64,000 nt of DNA, taken from assembly GCA_964016885.1 (NCBI GenBank), contig OZ024746.1, forward strand, positions 84,630,001-84,694,000. Reading direction: 5' to 3'. The notes under the pieces are model-generated. The model made no database searches, was not told the DNA's origin, and saw only the letters and a list, made by a program, of their open reading frames with translations. Both the position numbers and the translations under genes were made by a program. Positions 1 through 13,483 of the stretch are shown one piece after another. The number at the start of each line of letters is the position of its first letter. Within the stretch, counting starts at the first letter, position 1. Source of the stretch: Eledone cirrhosa. Taxonomy: Eukaryota.

Positions 1-245
1 CACCTTGTTCATGAAATTAATAGGCAAATAGCTGAGCATTCTACACATACGTACACACCTAAAGTAGTTCTCCGGGAAATTCAGGATGACACAGTGTGAG
101 ACAACGCTGGCCTTTTGAATTACAACTTATTGTTTTCAGCTGACTGGAGAATCGGGAAATAGTGCCTTGCTCAACGCCGCAATGCAACATCAGGAATCGA
201 ACTCTCTACCTTACTATCGTTAACTGAATATTCTAACCACTAAAC
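1..245 (-). mobile_element. Degenerate tRNA-derived SINE (family B, CORE-like body)
   Basis: Minus strand has A-box-like AGTGGTTAG, B-box GTTCGATTCC and TTGAGCAAGGCACT. Related copies at 1146-1390, 19540-19740, 44885-45020 and 60545-60720. Confidence 0.65.
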
Positions 246-254
246 TGTCTTCGG

Positions 255-910
255 AATACACGTGTAGATTTAGAAACAACCTTCGAAATATGCATGTAGC
301 CTTAAAATCTACGTGTAGCTGTACAACAGTAGGTTAGCTTTAGAAATACGTTACATATAACCGTATAAACATATACGCGGTTTTAGAAATACGCTGCATA
401 GAGTCTCTTATAAACACATATGTAGCTTTAGTAATACATTACATATAATCCTACAAACATATTAGTAGTTTTTGAATTACGTTATATATAGTCTTAAAAA
501 CATATGAAACTTTAGAAATATTTTACATATAGTCCTATAAAAAACACGTGTAGATTTGGAAATCCGTTATATACAGTCCACATCTGTCAACTCTCTCCGT
601 CTGGCGGGGAAATCTCCCACCCACATTGAGGTGGGTGAGAGATGTCTTCTCTTGAGAAAATAGGTATAGCTTTCACTATGTAAAATGTCCTTATTTTGCC
701 TTTTTTTCATGGTACTCCCTATTTGGGCTTTTAGAAGTTGGCAGTGTGATTGTCTTATAAACACATAAGTAGCTTTTGAAATATGTTATATATTGGTTTA
801 TAAATATATATGTATCTATAAAACATATAAACCAATGCAGTCTCACACTTGCATATGGAACTTTAGAAACAAAATAATGAAGCCGTAATAGTATATACGT
901 AACCTTATAA
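255..910. repeat. Degenerate AT-rich tandem repeat (~55-60 bp unit) interrupted by MITEs
   Basis: Recurrent ...ACGTGTAG(A/C)TTTAGAAATACGTTACATATAGTC(C/T)TATAAA... units. Confidence 0.6.
579..748 (-). mobile_element. Older copy of hAT-like MITE
   Basis: Reverse-complement homolog of 919-1112 with decayed termini (CACATCTGTCAAC...GTTGGCAGTGTG). Confidence 0.7.
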
Positions 911-918
911 ACAAATAT

Positions 919-1112
919 CAGACCTGCCAACCTCTAAAAACCCAAACGGGGAGTACCATCAAAAAAGTGCCTCCAAACGGGGAGAAATGGGACAAAATGG
1001 GTAAATTTTACATGATGAAAGCTATACCCATTTTCACAAGAGAAGACAGCTCTCACCCACCCCAAAGTGGGTGGGAAATCTCTCCGTCCGACGGGGAGAG
1101 TTGACAGGTCTG
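919..1112 (+). mobile_element. Non-autonomous DNA transposon (MITE, hAT-like TIRs) with 6-bp TSD
   Basis: TIRs CAGACCTGCCAAC / GTTGACAGGTCTG; AAATAT lies directly on both sides (913-918, 1113-1118). Confidence 0.8.
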
Positions 1113-1884
1113 AAATATGCTGTTTTATTAATGTTACATATAGAATGTGGCTTAGGGCTTAAGGTGGAGTCTCACGATCGTATAGTCGTGAGTTCGATTT
1201 TCAGATCAATTTGCTGGAAAACAAATATTTTTACCGGTAATCACACCCCGTGTCCCTGAGAATTTCTATGAGGATTACGTTATGGATGCACGCATTTATG
1301 GAATGCTCAGCCATTTGTATGCCAATTTCAATTCTATGCTGTTCCTCTGTTTGAACAACTAGGACAGTCGTTATGGTAACCGACGGAGGTTTAAGAAATA
1401 CATAGGAAATCTTGAATGCACAATGTTATATAACCTGAAAAATACATTTTTAACACATGCCAACTTTCAGTATTAGTTCAAATATATAATTCTCACTTCT
1501 ATTTATCATACTTATATGTAAAAGTATCAAATTAAAATACATATCTACATTAAAAAACATAACTTCATAGCCACATACAATTACAGTACTGCATCTTGAT
1601 GGAAACATGGAGATAGTAGTGCACAATATTATGGTACTACAAATGTATTAAATTACAAAGCTATGCAAAAGCTTGCACATACAGGAACAGATAGGAAAAG
1701 ATACAGAAAAGCATATTGAAGCTAATTATGCGTGCAGCATATATATATATATATGAACACACACAAACACTACATATACATATACATATACATACATACA
1801 TACATATATATATATATAAGAAATTTAATCTGAGTTTTTCGAATATTAATAATAATAATAATCGATTCGTTTGTAAACTATTTG

Positions 1885-1944
<60 letters not shown>

Positions 1945-2023
1945 ACCACCCCACTCTCAAGAGCGTGAAACTAATAACCCTTTGTTCGTACTGTCTCTCT
2001 GTTTTGTTCCCGTTCAATTTTTT

Positions 2024-2095
<72 letters not shown>

Positions 2096-2445
2096 ATAAT
2101 AAAATTTGAAGACTAAAGTTTAAGCAAAATATATATATATATATATTTATATATTTATATATTATGAAATGTAGTCTTCCCAACTTTAATAATTGTAATA
2201 TTAGTAGACAACTATAAATGATATTTGAAACTGAAAAATGTAGACAGAGGCGCCGACTGCGAATCAAACCCACCATCTCTCAGGTGCCGGGCGAGTGCGT
2301 TAACCAAAGAGGGTCTTGGTCAACCTTTTAGAAAATTTTAAATCTGATTGACTTAAGAAACATTGAGAAATTTGAAATTTGAAATGTTGTCATCCTAACG
2401 CATATGACTATAATAATAATAGTCGATCGACCAAAATAAATAATG

Positions 2446-2660
2446 ATTTCTACTATAGGCACAAGGCCAGCAATTTCGGGGGGAGAGGAAAGACGATTAA
2501 ATCGATCCCAGTGCATTACTGGTGCTTTATTTATCGACCTCGTAAGGATGAAAGGCAAAGCTAACCTCAGTGGTATTTGAAATCAGAACGTAAAGCGCCA
2601 TAACTCCATGTCGCAAAGCATATTGTCCGACGCTCTACCGACACTGTCAATCCACTGCCC
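2446..2660 (-). mobile_element. tRNA-derived SINE family A (long variant)
   Basis: Matches the window consensus GGCGGTGGATTGGCAGTATCGGTAGA...GAGTTCAAATCCCGCCGAGG...CTTTCATCCTTACGGGGTCGATAAAATAAAGTACCAG...GCCTTGTGCCAAAAGTAGAAAC. Further diverged copies at about 2860-3050, 8577-8745, 14200-14428, 36405-36540, 49490-49560 and 53510-53660. Confidence 0.8.
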
Positions 2661-3052
2661 TAACCACAATAAATAATAATTGAGAAAATGTGATACATTA
2701 CCTCTGGAGACAGAAAAACGTGGACAGAGGTATCGGTGAGGAATCGAACTTTGCATCTCTCTGATGTTGGGCAAGTGGGTTAATCATTACACTAAGCCGT
2801 CCTCGGCCACTGATTGCCGTCACTCACCTTAACCGGATGGTCACATTTTTAGTTACAGGCTTCTAACAATGACAAGAAGTTTTGGAAGAGGAGTTAGTTG
2901 ATTAAATCAACACCATTATTTGACTGGTACTATAGTTTCTCGACCTCGGAAAGTTGAAAGGCAAAATTGACTTTGGCTGGATATGAAGTCATATCGTAAA
3001 GATATGGAACAACTATCGCGACATTTTGACCGACACTGTAACGATTCTATCA

Positions 3053-3085
<33 letters not shown>

Positions 3086-3089
<4 letters not shown>

Positions 3090-3164
3090 GTCGTCAAGTA
3101 TGAAATTTGTAGAAATTTGTAGAAAAAAAACAAATTTCTACAAATGTCATACTTGACAACCCAA
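3086..3164. mobile_element. 79-bp Tc1/mariner-type mini-MITE
   Basis: TIRs TTGGGTCGTCAAGTATGA / TCATACTTGACAACCCAA; almost fully palindromic; TA on both sides. Confidence 0.7.
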
Positions 3165-3734
3165 TACACACATATGTATGTACGTACGTACGTATGTATG
3201 TATGTATGTATGTATGTACACACATAACATAGACATGCATATATATACATACACATTTACATTTAGAGATACATACACATATTTTTAAAAGGAACAATTT
3301 ACTTTTTGCAGATATTAATTTTTTTTCCTCTTCTCTTTCTATTTTAATGCTTAAAAAATATTTCTTAAATTTGGCTAATAAACTATAAAGAAATATTCTA
3401 ACGTATTTATTCAGTTGTTTATGTAATTTTTCTTTTTTCATTTTACCATTCCATCTTTTCATACCATCATTTTTTTCCTCCTTGACTCACCATCAATGAT
3501 TATAAATGTTTCCTTACAGCTTCATTTCTGATTTCCTTTTTTTTTCTCTTACCATGTTTTCTTTTTATTTTCATCATTCTTTGCTGCCTGCCTTTCTGTC
3601 TGTCTGTCTGTCTGTCTCTCTGTGTCTGTCTCTCAGTCTTTCAACGTTTCTCTCGTTCTCTTTCTTTCGAGATAAATTTCATGTTCTTCTCCTTTATCTC
3701 TTTCTTCTCCGCTCCGACTTTTTTCTTTATATAC

Positions 3735-3807
<73 letters not shown>

Positions 3808-3811
<4 letters not shown>

Positions 3812-4368
3812 CAACCACGCAGTATTCTTCTTTCTTCTCATGTTTTTTTTATATATATTTACCTCGGCTGCGTTTGTCTGTTTCTCTCTTACTGCTTCCC
3901 CGTTCTCTCTGTTGCTCTCACCTTCTTTCGCCCCCTCTGTCAGTTACACTTTCTCTCGACTGACCTCTTCCTCGCACTTCCACTCACTCACTCTCTGTTT
4001 CTCCCCTTCTCACTTCCTCCCGTTTGGCTAGTAGTGGGTTCTCTTCTTGCTCACATCTCACTCACGTCGGACAGTCTGTATCTTGATGCTCATGAAATCC
4101 ACCCAGCTTATGCTGACCGGATAACCATGTTGCTTGTTTATTCCCATCTTTGCGTTGCTTTCATCCTTCTATGTTGTTTACTTGTCTCACTCGCTTTACG
4201 CGATTTACTTGTTTCAATACCCTTTTTTAGTTATTGCCCGCACCAACCTGAGGTATATGATTTTTAATGCGATGAAATATCAATGATGGTTGGCAAATCA
4301 CTGACGAAGGACTAATTTTATCATATGTAACCCATGTGCAACCACGCAGTATTCTTCTTTCTTCTCAT

Positions 4369-4372
<4 letters not shown>
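3808..4372 (+). mobile_element. TA-embedded, terminally redundant non-coding element (family K, copy A)
   Basis: Direct repeat TGTGCAACCACGCAGTATTCTTCTTTCTTCTCATGTTT at both ends; flanked by (TA)n; homologous to 5056-5713 and 39780-40439. Confidence 0.75.
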
Positions 4373-4404
<32 letters not shown>

Positions 4405-4615
4405 AGTATATGTTGGTTGTTTACCGACACCTCAGTATGCAGATTGGAGTACTCGACGAAGTACGCAGGTTGGTTTGTATACTCCGGAGTAATGTAAAAT
4501 AATCCAGTTCCTCAGAGAAATAACAACGCAACCAGGAGCTGGACATATAGGAGTATTGACGGAGTAAAACACACTTAAAAAACATGTGTAACCCATCTCT
4601 ACCACACCAATTCGG

Positions 4616-4670
4616 ACTGCCTGAAGACGTCACAGTCAATGATGGCTGTCACCGAAATATATATAGCAGT
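4616..4670 (+). ncRNA. Minimal type-I hammerhead ribozyme in a TA-flanked PLE-like element (4401-4726)
   Basis: ACTGC-CTGAAGA-C-[stem II ACAGTCA/TGGCTGT]-GAAA-TATATA-TA-GCAGT; AATAAA about 15 nt downstream; base of stem II imperfect. Confidence 0.7.
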
Positions 4671-4871
4671 ATATCTATAATTTATAATAAACGAAGCCAA
4701 ATTTTACCTATTTGACTTAATTATTTTATATATATATATATATTTGAATGTATATATAGTGTATTTTGCTATACAATGTATACTTAATTAAAAGCATTTT
4801 GAAGACCTTACGCTATTGTTTTAAAGTAGTGACTATGTCACTTACTTCTTTGTTCAACAAACAAAGTGAGA

Positions 4872-4919
4872 TAAGCTGACAGATCTCTGTTTCATACTGT
4901 TGGTACTCCTCAGAGCTTA
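4872..4919 (-). ncRNA. Canonical type-I hammerhead ribozyme
   Basis: Minus strand: UAAGCU-CUGAGGA-GUAC caaca GUAU-GAAA-CAGA ga UCUG-UC^-AGCUUA. All core nucleotides and three helices are present; GUC cleavage triplet. Confidence 0.88.
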
Positions 4920-5055
4920 GCACTCCCCTTATTTGTTGAAAATTATGAATGTTGGATTCTTATAGAATTCCAGTAATACTGATTATTCAGAGCGGTTGCC
5001 GGTGCAGCAAAAATTGAAAATTAGAATTGGTGCTCTGAAATAGCGATATATATAG

Positions 5056-5713
5056 GTGACTAGCAGAGGGGGTGAATGAAAGTAAGAGGGAGAAGGAGAG
5101 AGAAGGAGGAGAGAGAAAGAGGATAGCAGTAAGGGAAGAGAAAAAGACAGGTCACAGCGAAGGGGAAAGCATATAGGAATGAAAATTGGCATACTGTGTT
5201 GTTGCAAATGTGATATACAAATTAAAATGAAGAATTAGAAATATACTTTCATTCACCCCCTCTGCTAGTCACCGTCTCTCGGCTAGCATCTTCCTCACAC
5301 GTTCACTCACTCACTCTCTGCTACTCACCCTCCCTCTCACTTCCCCCATCGTCCCACACCGTGCGTAATTCTTTCCTAGCTTACTTTCGCATGGTTGGGA
5401 TGTGTCTCTCGTCTTCTCGTCAATATTCGTTCAAATGAATCATTGACTTGATTTTCTCATTTTTTTCCTCTCTTTACGTTGCCTCACCATTCATGTTTGT
5501 TTACCTGTCCCTCTTTCTCCACCCAATTCTTTTTATCCCAATAACTTATTTCAGTTATTGTTCCCGCTAGCCTGAGGTATCAGGTCTTTAATGCGAAGAA
5601 ATACCTATGATGGCTAGTAGATCACTGATGATGGATAGTCCTATTTCTAATTTTTCATTTTAATTTGTATATCACATTTGCAACAACACAGCACGCCATT
5701 TTTCATTCCTATA
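5056..5713. mobile_element. Family K copy B, with an inverted arm (5056-5243) fused to a forward unit (5244-5713)
   Basis: 5174-5243 is the reverse complement of 5643-5713; 5056-5083 is the reverse complement of 5244-5272; TA-rich flanks. Confidence 0.7.
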
Positions 5714-5722
5714 TATATATAG

Positions 5723-5826
<104 letters not shown>

Positions 5827-6182
5827 CAGGGGTCGTGGAAGCATTTCTGAATGGGCGGGGAGGGTGTGTGTGTGCAAATTTGGACAATTTAGTTGTAGTG
5901 ATTAGTTTATCAGTTTAGCTCTTTGCTCTCTAAAATGGTAAGAAAACTTCGATATGTAATAAACATAACATGTACATATATTGTAGCACATATCCAAATA
6001 TGTATGTTTTGGGAGTTTGGGGAGAATATATAATTATTGGAGGGGGGCATGTCCAATTCCACCGCCAATGTATATATATATAATAAAAAGAAATTATGCT
6101 CTCTGCCTTTTCCAAAGAGTTTAATATATCGACCTTCTTCGCATTTTCTAAGAAACTGGTATTATACCCAATGTATATATTT

Positions 6183-6260
<78 letters not shown>

Positions 6261-6521
6261 AAAAGAGTCAGGACCTCGACCGCTGAGCTCCGGCCGTTTC
6301 GCCAGCTAGATCCGAACATATATATAATACATACACGTCTGTACACACCCGTACACACACACACGCATATATATATATATATATATATGTAAATATACTT
6401 TATTTCACGTTGCTCCTTCTACCTGGAGTTCCGACCGATAGATAGTATTAGCAACTGGAAAGACCGACGAAAACATTGTTTCCTTGGTCCGATTTGACGA
6501 AAGTCGATCGATCCTTATATG

Positions 6522-6561
<40 letters not shown>

Positions 6562-6598
6562 CTTGATGAGACTTTCCAAGTATTTACCCATGTTTTAT

Positions 6599-6676
6599 AT
6601 TGCCTCGTCTGACGAACGAATGAAGACGTTTCTTTCGTATTCGCCTCATTCGGGAAACCTCTGGTAATGAGGTAAT
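6599..6676 (+). ncRNA. Type-I hammerhead ribozyme in a TA-flanked element (6558-6778)
   Basis: ATTGCCTCGT-CTGACGA-A-CGAATGA...TCATTCG-G-GAAA-CC tct GG-TA^-ATGAGGTAAT. The 3' tail (ACATAGAGCACTC) is shared with the 55710 element. Confidence 0.82.
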
Positions 6677-6773
6677 TATATTGTATTAATTTTTATACAT
6701 TAAATTTCGCTCTGATACTTACATAGAGCACTCCTCACTTCTATGACCTTTTCTGTTTTCAACGGAAATTTCA

Positions 6774-6839
<66 letters not shown>

Positions 6840-7557
6840 GTATGCATGTATGTATATGCACATGCAAACGTATGTTTTATTGTGTCTGCATGTTCTCTCT
6901 TGCTAACCCAGAATATTTTCACTTTTATTTAGTCTTCTTGCTGATCGAAAAACATTTTTTTTTTTCGATATATATTCATGTTTAACGGCTCATCTGTGTA
7001 AGTGTAGTTTAAATATTATTTTTAATGTTGAATTCATAAATTCAAAAACTTCTGCTAGGTTAATTGTTAAAACTAATCGGAAATATTCGTGTTTTTGATA
7101 TTCGGTTGTTTCTGGACACAGCCACCTGTGTTACAGTATATATATATATATATCAATACAACATACGTCTATCATTCCTTTTGCTGTTCCTCTGGTGAAG
7201 TAATCACCTGTGCAAGAATTTAGATTTACCAAACACACAAGGTTACCATATTTATTACACACACATACACACAGATATATATATATATGTATATACATAT
7301 ATACAAACACACTCACACACACACAAAACATATGCTCTTACTCAAACACATGCATTAATATGTGGGCTTCACTTTAGTTGCAAATGTTTCCTCGTAGTTT
7401 GTATATTTTCTCTTTCTCGTATATATATATTATATATATATATATGTATATATATATATGTGTGTGTATGTGTGTGTGTGTGTGTGTGTGTGAGTGTGTA
7501 AGTGTATGTGTGCATATCTCTCTCTCTCTATATATATATATGCATACACACACTTAC

Positions 7558-7622
<65 letters not shown>

Positions 7623-7625
7623 ACC

Positions 7626-7658
<33 letters not shown>

Positions 7659-9893
7659 ATACACACAAGTCCGTACTCCCATCCACACATACTCAATGAT
7701 GAAACATTCACTAGCGTCTTTTAACTCGACTGAAGAGCAGATCAACTTGGCCTCCATTGATTGGTATTACGAGTGATAATGCTGTCATCTTTTTTGTACA
7801 ATATTCAGTGGCGCTATTATTATCTAGTTCCCACCAGACCAGACCACAACACCTTTCTTTCCTTTACTCTCTTTCTGTCTCCTATTTTATCCTCATACAC
7901 TTCCCCCCGCCTCACACAATCTTCTTTATCTACTCCACCGTCACTTTCTTCTGATTTACAAGTACATTATTCCGAGACAAATTTTTTAATGACCTCTTCT
8001 GGCATTAAGAGGGTGGATGTGAATGGGAGAGTCACTAAGGTCTTGGACAAGGGGCCAGGGGTTAATGCCTTACCTTATGTTAATGGTAAAGCGACGTTAT
8101 GCTAGTAATAGTAACCACATATGCCTTAAATCTGTCTTAGAAGAAAGAAAAACATATTTAATATCATAGTAAAGTGGATATAAAATACTTGTGTAATAAG
8201 CTAAGAAATTTACTTTGCACTTTTAACGGTGCCTAAGATCATAGTCTAAAAGTTAGACTCTAACTGACTAATTCTGGAGACAACTCGAGCCTTAGTTAAA
8301 ATGTATAAAATTTAGAATGCAGTGCGAAGTGAGTCTGGTCTTTAGCAATATATTGACAATTCTGGACAAGTTTCAATTTTATTAATCCACTTCAGGATGC
8401 ATAGTCTAACTCAGAGTTTCTGAAACCCCCCCCCCCCCCCCCCCCCCACCGCTGCCCCTTCATGGCCACGTAATACCCTCAGCGCCCCCACCCATATTTC
8501 AAGAGAGACCTACCTACACGCAAATTGTAAAAAATATATAATAAATAAAATCGTTAATTTATATATAATTGTTGCCACTTTTGGCACAAGGCCATCAAAT
8601 ACCCAGTACATTGCTGGTACTTTATTTTATCGACCCCGTAAGGATGACAGGCAAAGTTAACCTCGGTGGAATTTGAACTCAGACCGTAAAGGGACGTAAC
8701 TATGCTGGAAAGCATGGCGTCCGACCCTCTACCGATACTGCCAATTTATATAATAAATATTATGGTATATACTATGTAGAAATACATATTATAGATTTTT
8801 TTTATTTTACTACATTTATATATAATATGTATCATTTAATATTTCATATACTATCATATCATCTCTACCATCCTCACCACCCTCCTGGACCCTATCGCCT
8901 CCTGGACCTTCTCAACGCCCTCCGGTCAAACTGTTATTGTATATTATAGAATCATTAGATATCAACAAAAACAATAAAAACAAAAACAACAACAAAAGCT
9001 ATATTTGTCACTGAGAACGAACTTTGAAAGTAATATTTTCTGTTGTAGTAACTAACCACTAATTGATGACTAAGTTTAACAATCAATTCTGTTTATTGTA
9101 GTACATATTTATTTATGTACTGTTTATTGTAGAATAATCGTTAAGAGGAGGTAGAATCATATTTATCGAAGATATATGAGGACGCGTCTGTATGTCTACC
9201 AGCAGGCATGATTAACTTTCAGACAACAGAGCTATCGAATTGATGTCACAACCAGTAGTGGGTCACCCTGATCAAAGAATTGTCCAATTCACCGATTGCC
9301 AATCTGTCCAAAAGGGGACAACTTATTTATTAGTTATCTGAAATATCACGGATCATCTAATCGGTATTGTTTTTGTAATTTCTAGTGGATTTATTAGTTC
9401 GAGTTTTTTTTTTTATTACCGGTAACTAAGCTAATTAGTCCATCACAGAGCTAACAATATATAATTGCACGCGGACAGCCTTCGCGAACCCCCATCCACG
9501 AAGCACACATAGGTACACAAAACAAACATAGGCCCACTACATTGCATAATAAATAATAATTACCCACTCCACCTATTCCACTATAAATCCATGAAATATA
9601 ATCACCACCTCCCTCAAACAACCGCTCACACACATCAATTTGCAGACACAAACCAACTTAATAAGTAATTTATATACATACATACGTACCCACACCACCT
9701 AAACACATACACCTTTTGACTCTGTAGCTCTAAAACTCAGAGAAATTTACAATATCAAAATAAAATAAAAACTTATCAATCCACCTGTAGTTTAAAGTAT
9801 TTTAAGTGCTTAGCACAACAAATAGCAACAGCTACAAACAATTCTATTTTACAAACACTAGCATACATATTAATATATCAAATGCCATATATT

Positions 9894-10106
9894 CAGGGTG
9901 GGCCAAAAGTGACTCAGGGGTCGCAACTGTTTATAATTTTTTAATAATTTTTTTCAATAAATAATGTAGAGGTGTAACAACGATTGAGGAGTGTAAAATA
10001 ATTTACATTATGTCTTTTGAGTTGTATCAACATTTCATACATCAATCTGTACAATTCAGGAAGTTATAAAAACTAAAATCCCTGAGTGACTTTTGGGCCC
10101 ACCCTG
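9894..10106. mobile_element. Tc1/mariner-type MITE
   Basis: TIRs CAGGGTGGGCCAAAAGTGACTCAGGG / CCCTGAGTGACTTTTGGGCCCACCCTG; TA at the right end. Confidence 0.75.
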
Positions 10107-10391
10107 TACTTGCTCCCATAACTTCATTTGCTCCCATAACTTCTCCACACACACACGCATTTAACTCCGTAGTACCACGAAATGTGGATATTTAAATTTT
10201 AATCAAATGTATACTTCTAACCGTAATTTAAGGTAATTATTTGTGTTGTTGTTTAGTCATATTATTCCAGATAGTGCAGACATATGTTCAAAGGCGTTCC
10301 ATTTCTGACCATCTTGTTTTTAGGTATGGTTTATTTCACATTATATTATCCTATGTGAACTTACTTTAAAAAAAAAAAAATAGAAATAATG

Positions 10392-10553
10392 ATTTCTGAT
10401 TTAGGCACAAGGCCAACAATATTGAAGGAGGGAAAAGTCGATTAAATCGACCACAGGACATTACTGGTACTTTATTTTATCGACCCCGTAAGGATGAAAG
10501 GCAAAGTTAACCTTTCATCCTTACGGGGTCGATAAAATAAAGTACCGGTAATG
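10392..10553 (-). mobile_element. Truncated SINE A with a fold-back inversion
   Basis: Arms 10459-10501 and 10511-10553 are reverse complements with 1 mismatch. Confidence 0.8.
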
Positions 10554-11121
10554 ATAGAGTATGATTTAAGATAGAGTTGGCCGCTATTTCTAGCAGGTTG
10601 AGCAAGTACGTAGAGAGCTTTCTTATGGATTTTGGAGCATACCATTAATACATAGAAATGAATAAAAATCATATTGAAGGGTCACTGTAAATGACACGAA
10701 AAATGGGTTGTAGGGAAATCTACATAAAAAATCAGCAAAACGCGAGGTCTTTATGGAGACAGACACAGACACTGCAATGATTGGATCAGTTTTAGAGAGC
10801 AAACATATTTGTACACATGACTATGTGCTATTAAATTGTGAGACGATTACTCCAAGTTAGATTTGAAAAATCTTATTTCTGAAAGGCTCTGATCTTCTGT
10901 AATAATTATTTCCGAATACATTTTTTATCACAAACGATCGTTTCCCTTTCTGTTGCACACCATAAATCCACCAAACAAACCAACAAATAATTCGCTAACA
11001 TAAGTAAGCAACTACATAAGCAAGCAAACAAACTGATAAATAAGGGGAAATTGGATAAAACAGGATAAATTATTATCTGTACAGCGCTCCTTGAATCAAA
11101 AATGGTTGCAAATTGCTTTGC

Positions 11122-11215
<94 letters not shown>

Positions 11216-11345
11216 TACACACACACACGCATTCGCTATCTTTCTCTCTCTCTCTCTCTTTTCCCTCCCCATCTTCTACCTTCAAAACACGCCGCACGAT
11301 GTCATTTCTCTATGTGATTTCACAAAGACCCTTTTATGTAGGGTA

Positions 11346-11386
<41 letters not shown>

Positions 11387-11409
11387 TATTCATTTATACG
11401 TGTTCCTAG

Positions 11410-11457
<48 letters not shown>

Positions 11458-11466
11458 CATACACGC

Positions 11467-11510
<44 letters not shown>

Positions 11511-11531
11511 TCATATTTACATACATACACG

Positions 11532-11565
<34 letters not shown>

Positions 11566-11720
11566 CATATATATACACACACACACACATATATATATAT
11601 ATACATATATATATGTTTTATTTATACGTACATATATCATACATATATATATATATACACATATATATATATATATATGTTTTATTTATACGTACATATA
11701 TCATACATATATGTATATAT

Positions 11721-11787
<67 letters not shown>

Positions 11788-12087
11788 TACCTACACACAC
11801 AGACACACATACTTATATATGTATATGTGTATGTAAGTATGTATATATATATATATGTATAGAAGTATAGAAGTATACATATTTGATTAACTTCGTTTAC
11901 AATTGGATCTCCTGTTTGCTTCTTTTATTTTTTTACAGTCTTAACTATTTCTTTTTTCCTGTTTATCATTTTTTATAGGCGCACTTCTATTTTTTTCTCT
12001 TCTAATTTAGTATAGTTCCTGATGTTAGATATTTTATTCAATTTCAATTAGGCCTTAGTTATAATGTTATACAGTCTCGGCAATTAC

Positions 12088-12206
<119 letters not shown>

Positions 12207-12416
12207 TATATATGTGTGTGTGTGTATGTAATTATACATATATACACACACACACATATGCATACACTCTTACAAACGCACACACACACACTTATATACA
12301 TGTATATTTATATATATATATATATGAATGTGTATATATATATAAAAGAGAGAAATAAATAAAAAGGGAAACAAATATATATTTTTTCCTAATAATCGTC
12401 TCTTTCTCCCTGTTTT

Positions 12417-12460
<44 letters not shown>

Positions 12461-12503
12461 ATATATATGAAAGACGTAAATAAGAAAGTTATGAAAATTG
12501 ACT

Positions 12504-12571
<68 letters not shown>

Positions 12572-12968
12572 AATGAAAGGTATAGAAAACACTTGATATA
12601 TATATATTTGTGTGTGTGTAATATTTCAGACATATTTACGTGTATGTACGTATGGATGTGCCTTGAAAACACGCATTGCTCGTCAAAATGATCAATGGTG
12701 GTGAAACAAAATCAAAATATGTGTATGTATATGGGTAGGTAGAAATGTCTAATTGCGAGCCTGCTGGTGAGTTTCAATTTGAGAACAAGAAGGAGAGTAA
12801 ACGAGGCCGACAAAGAGATGGGTAAAACCACTGAAACTTTCATTTTACTTAAAATGAAACAGTTCGGTGACAAATGATAACGATGATGATGATGATGATG
12901 ATGATGATGACAATGTTAACTTTGAAGACGACGATGAAAGCGACCACGCTGACTATTCGTAATAGAAA

Positions 12969-13483
12969 TAATTGTTTCTACTTTTGGCACAAGGCCAGCA
13001 ATTATCTCAGTGCATTACTGGTACTTTATTCTATCGACCCCGTAAGGATGAAAGGCAAACTTAACCTCGACGAGATTTGAACTCAGACCGTAAAGGGACG
13101 TAACTATGCTGAAAAGCATGGCGTCCGACCCTCCACCGATACTGCAAATTCACCGCCCTTCAGAAATAATTGTTTCTACTTTAGGCACTAGGCCAGCAAT
13201 TACCCAGTGCATTACTGGTACTTTATTTTATCGACCCCGTAAGGATGAAAGGCAAAGTCAACCTCGGCGGGATTTGAACTCAGATCGTAAAGGGACATAA
13301 CTGTTTCTACTTTTGGCACAAGGCCAGCAATTACCCAGTGCATTACTGGTACTTTATTTTATCGACCCCGTAAGGATGAAAGGCAAAGTCAACCTCGGCG
13401 GGATTTGAACTCAGATCGTAAAGGGACATAACTATGCTGGAAAGTATGGCGTCCGACCCTCTACCGATACTGCCAATCCACCA
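12969..13483 (-). mobile_element. Three head-to-tail SINE A copies
   Basis: Copies at about 12969-13158, 13167-13302 (5'-truncated) and 13303-13483. Confidence 0.85.

Noticed and set aside
4243-4293. SECIS element in family K
   Set aside because: Polarity is reversed: AUGA is on the 3' strand and the loop is on the C-stem side; no upstream selenoprotein ORF.
4925-5045. Possible GIY-YIG C-terminal remnant upstream of the 4872 hammerhead
   Set aside because: Only a vague resemblance with in-frame stops; a profile-HMM search would be needed.
12969-13483. Repeated ~35-bp motifs resembling a CRISPR array
   Set aside because: The intervening sequence is also repeated; these are tandem SINE copies in a eukaryotic context.
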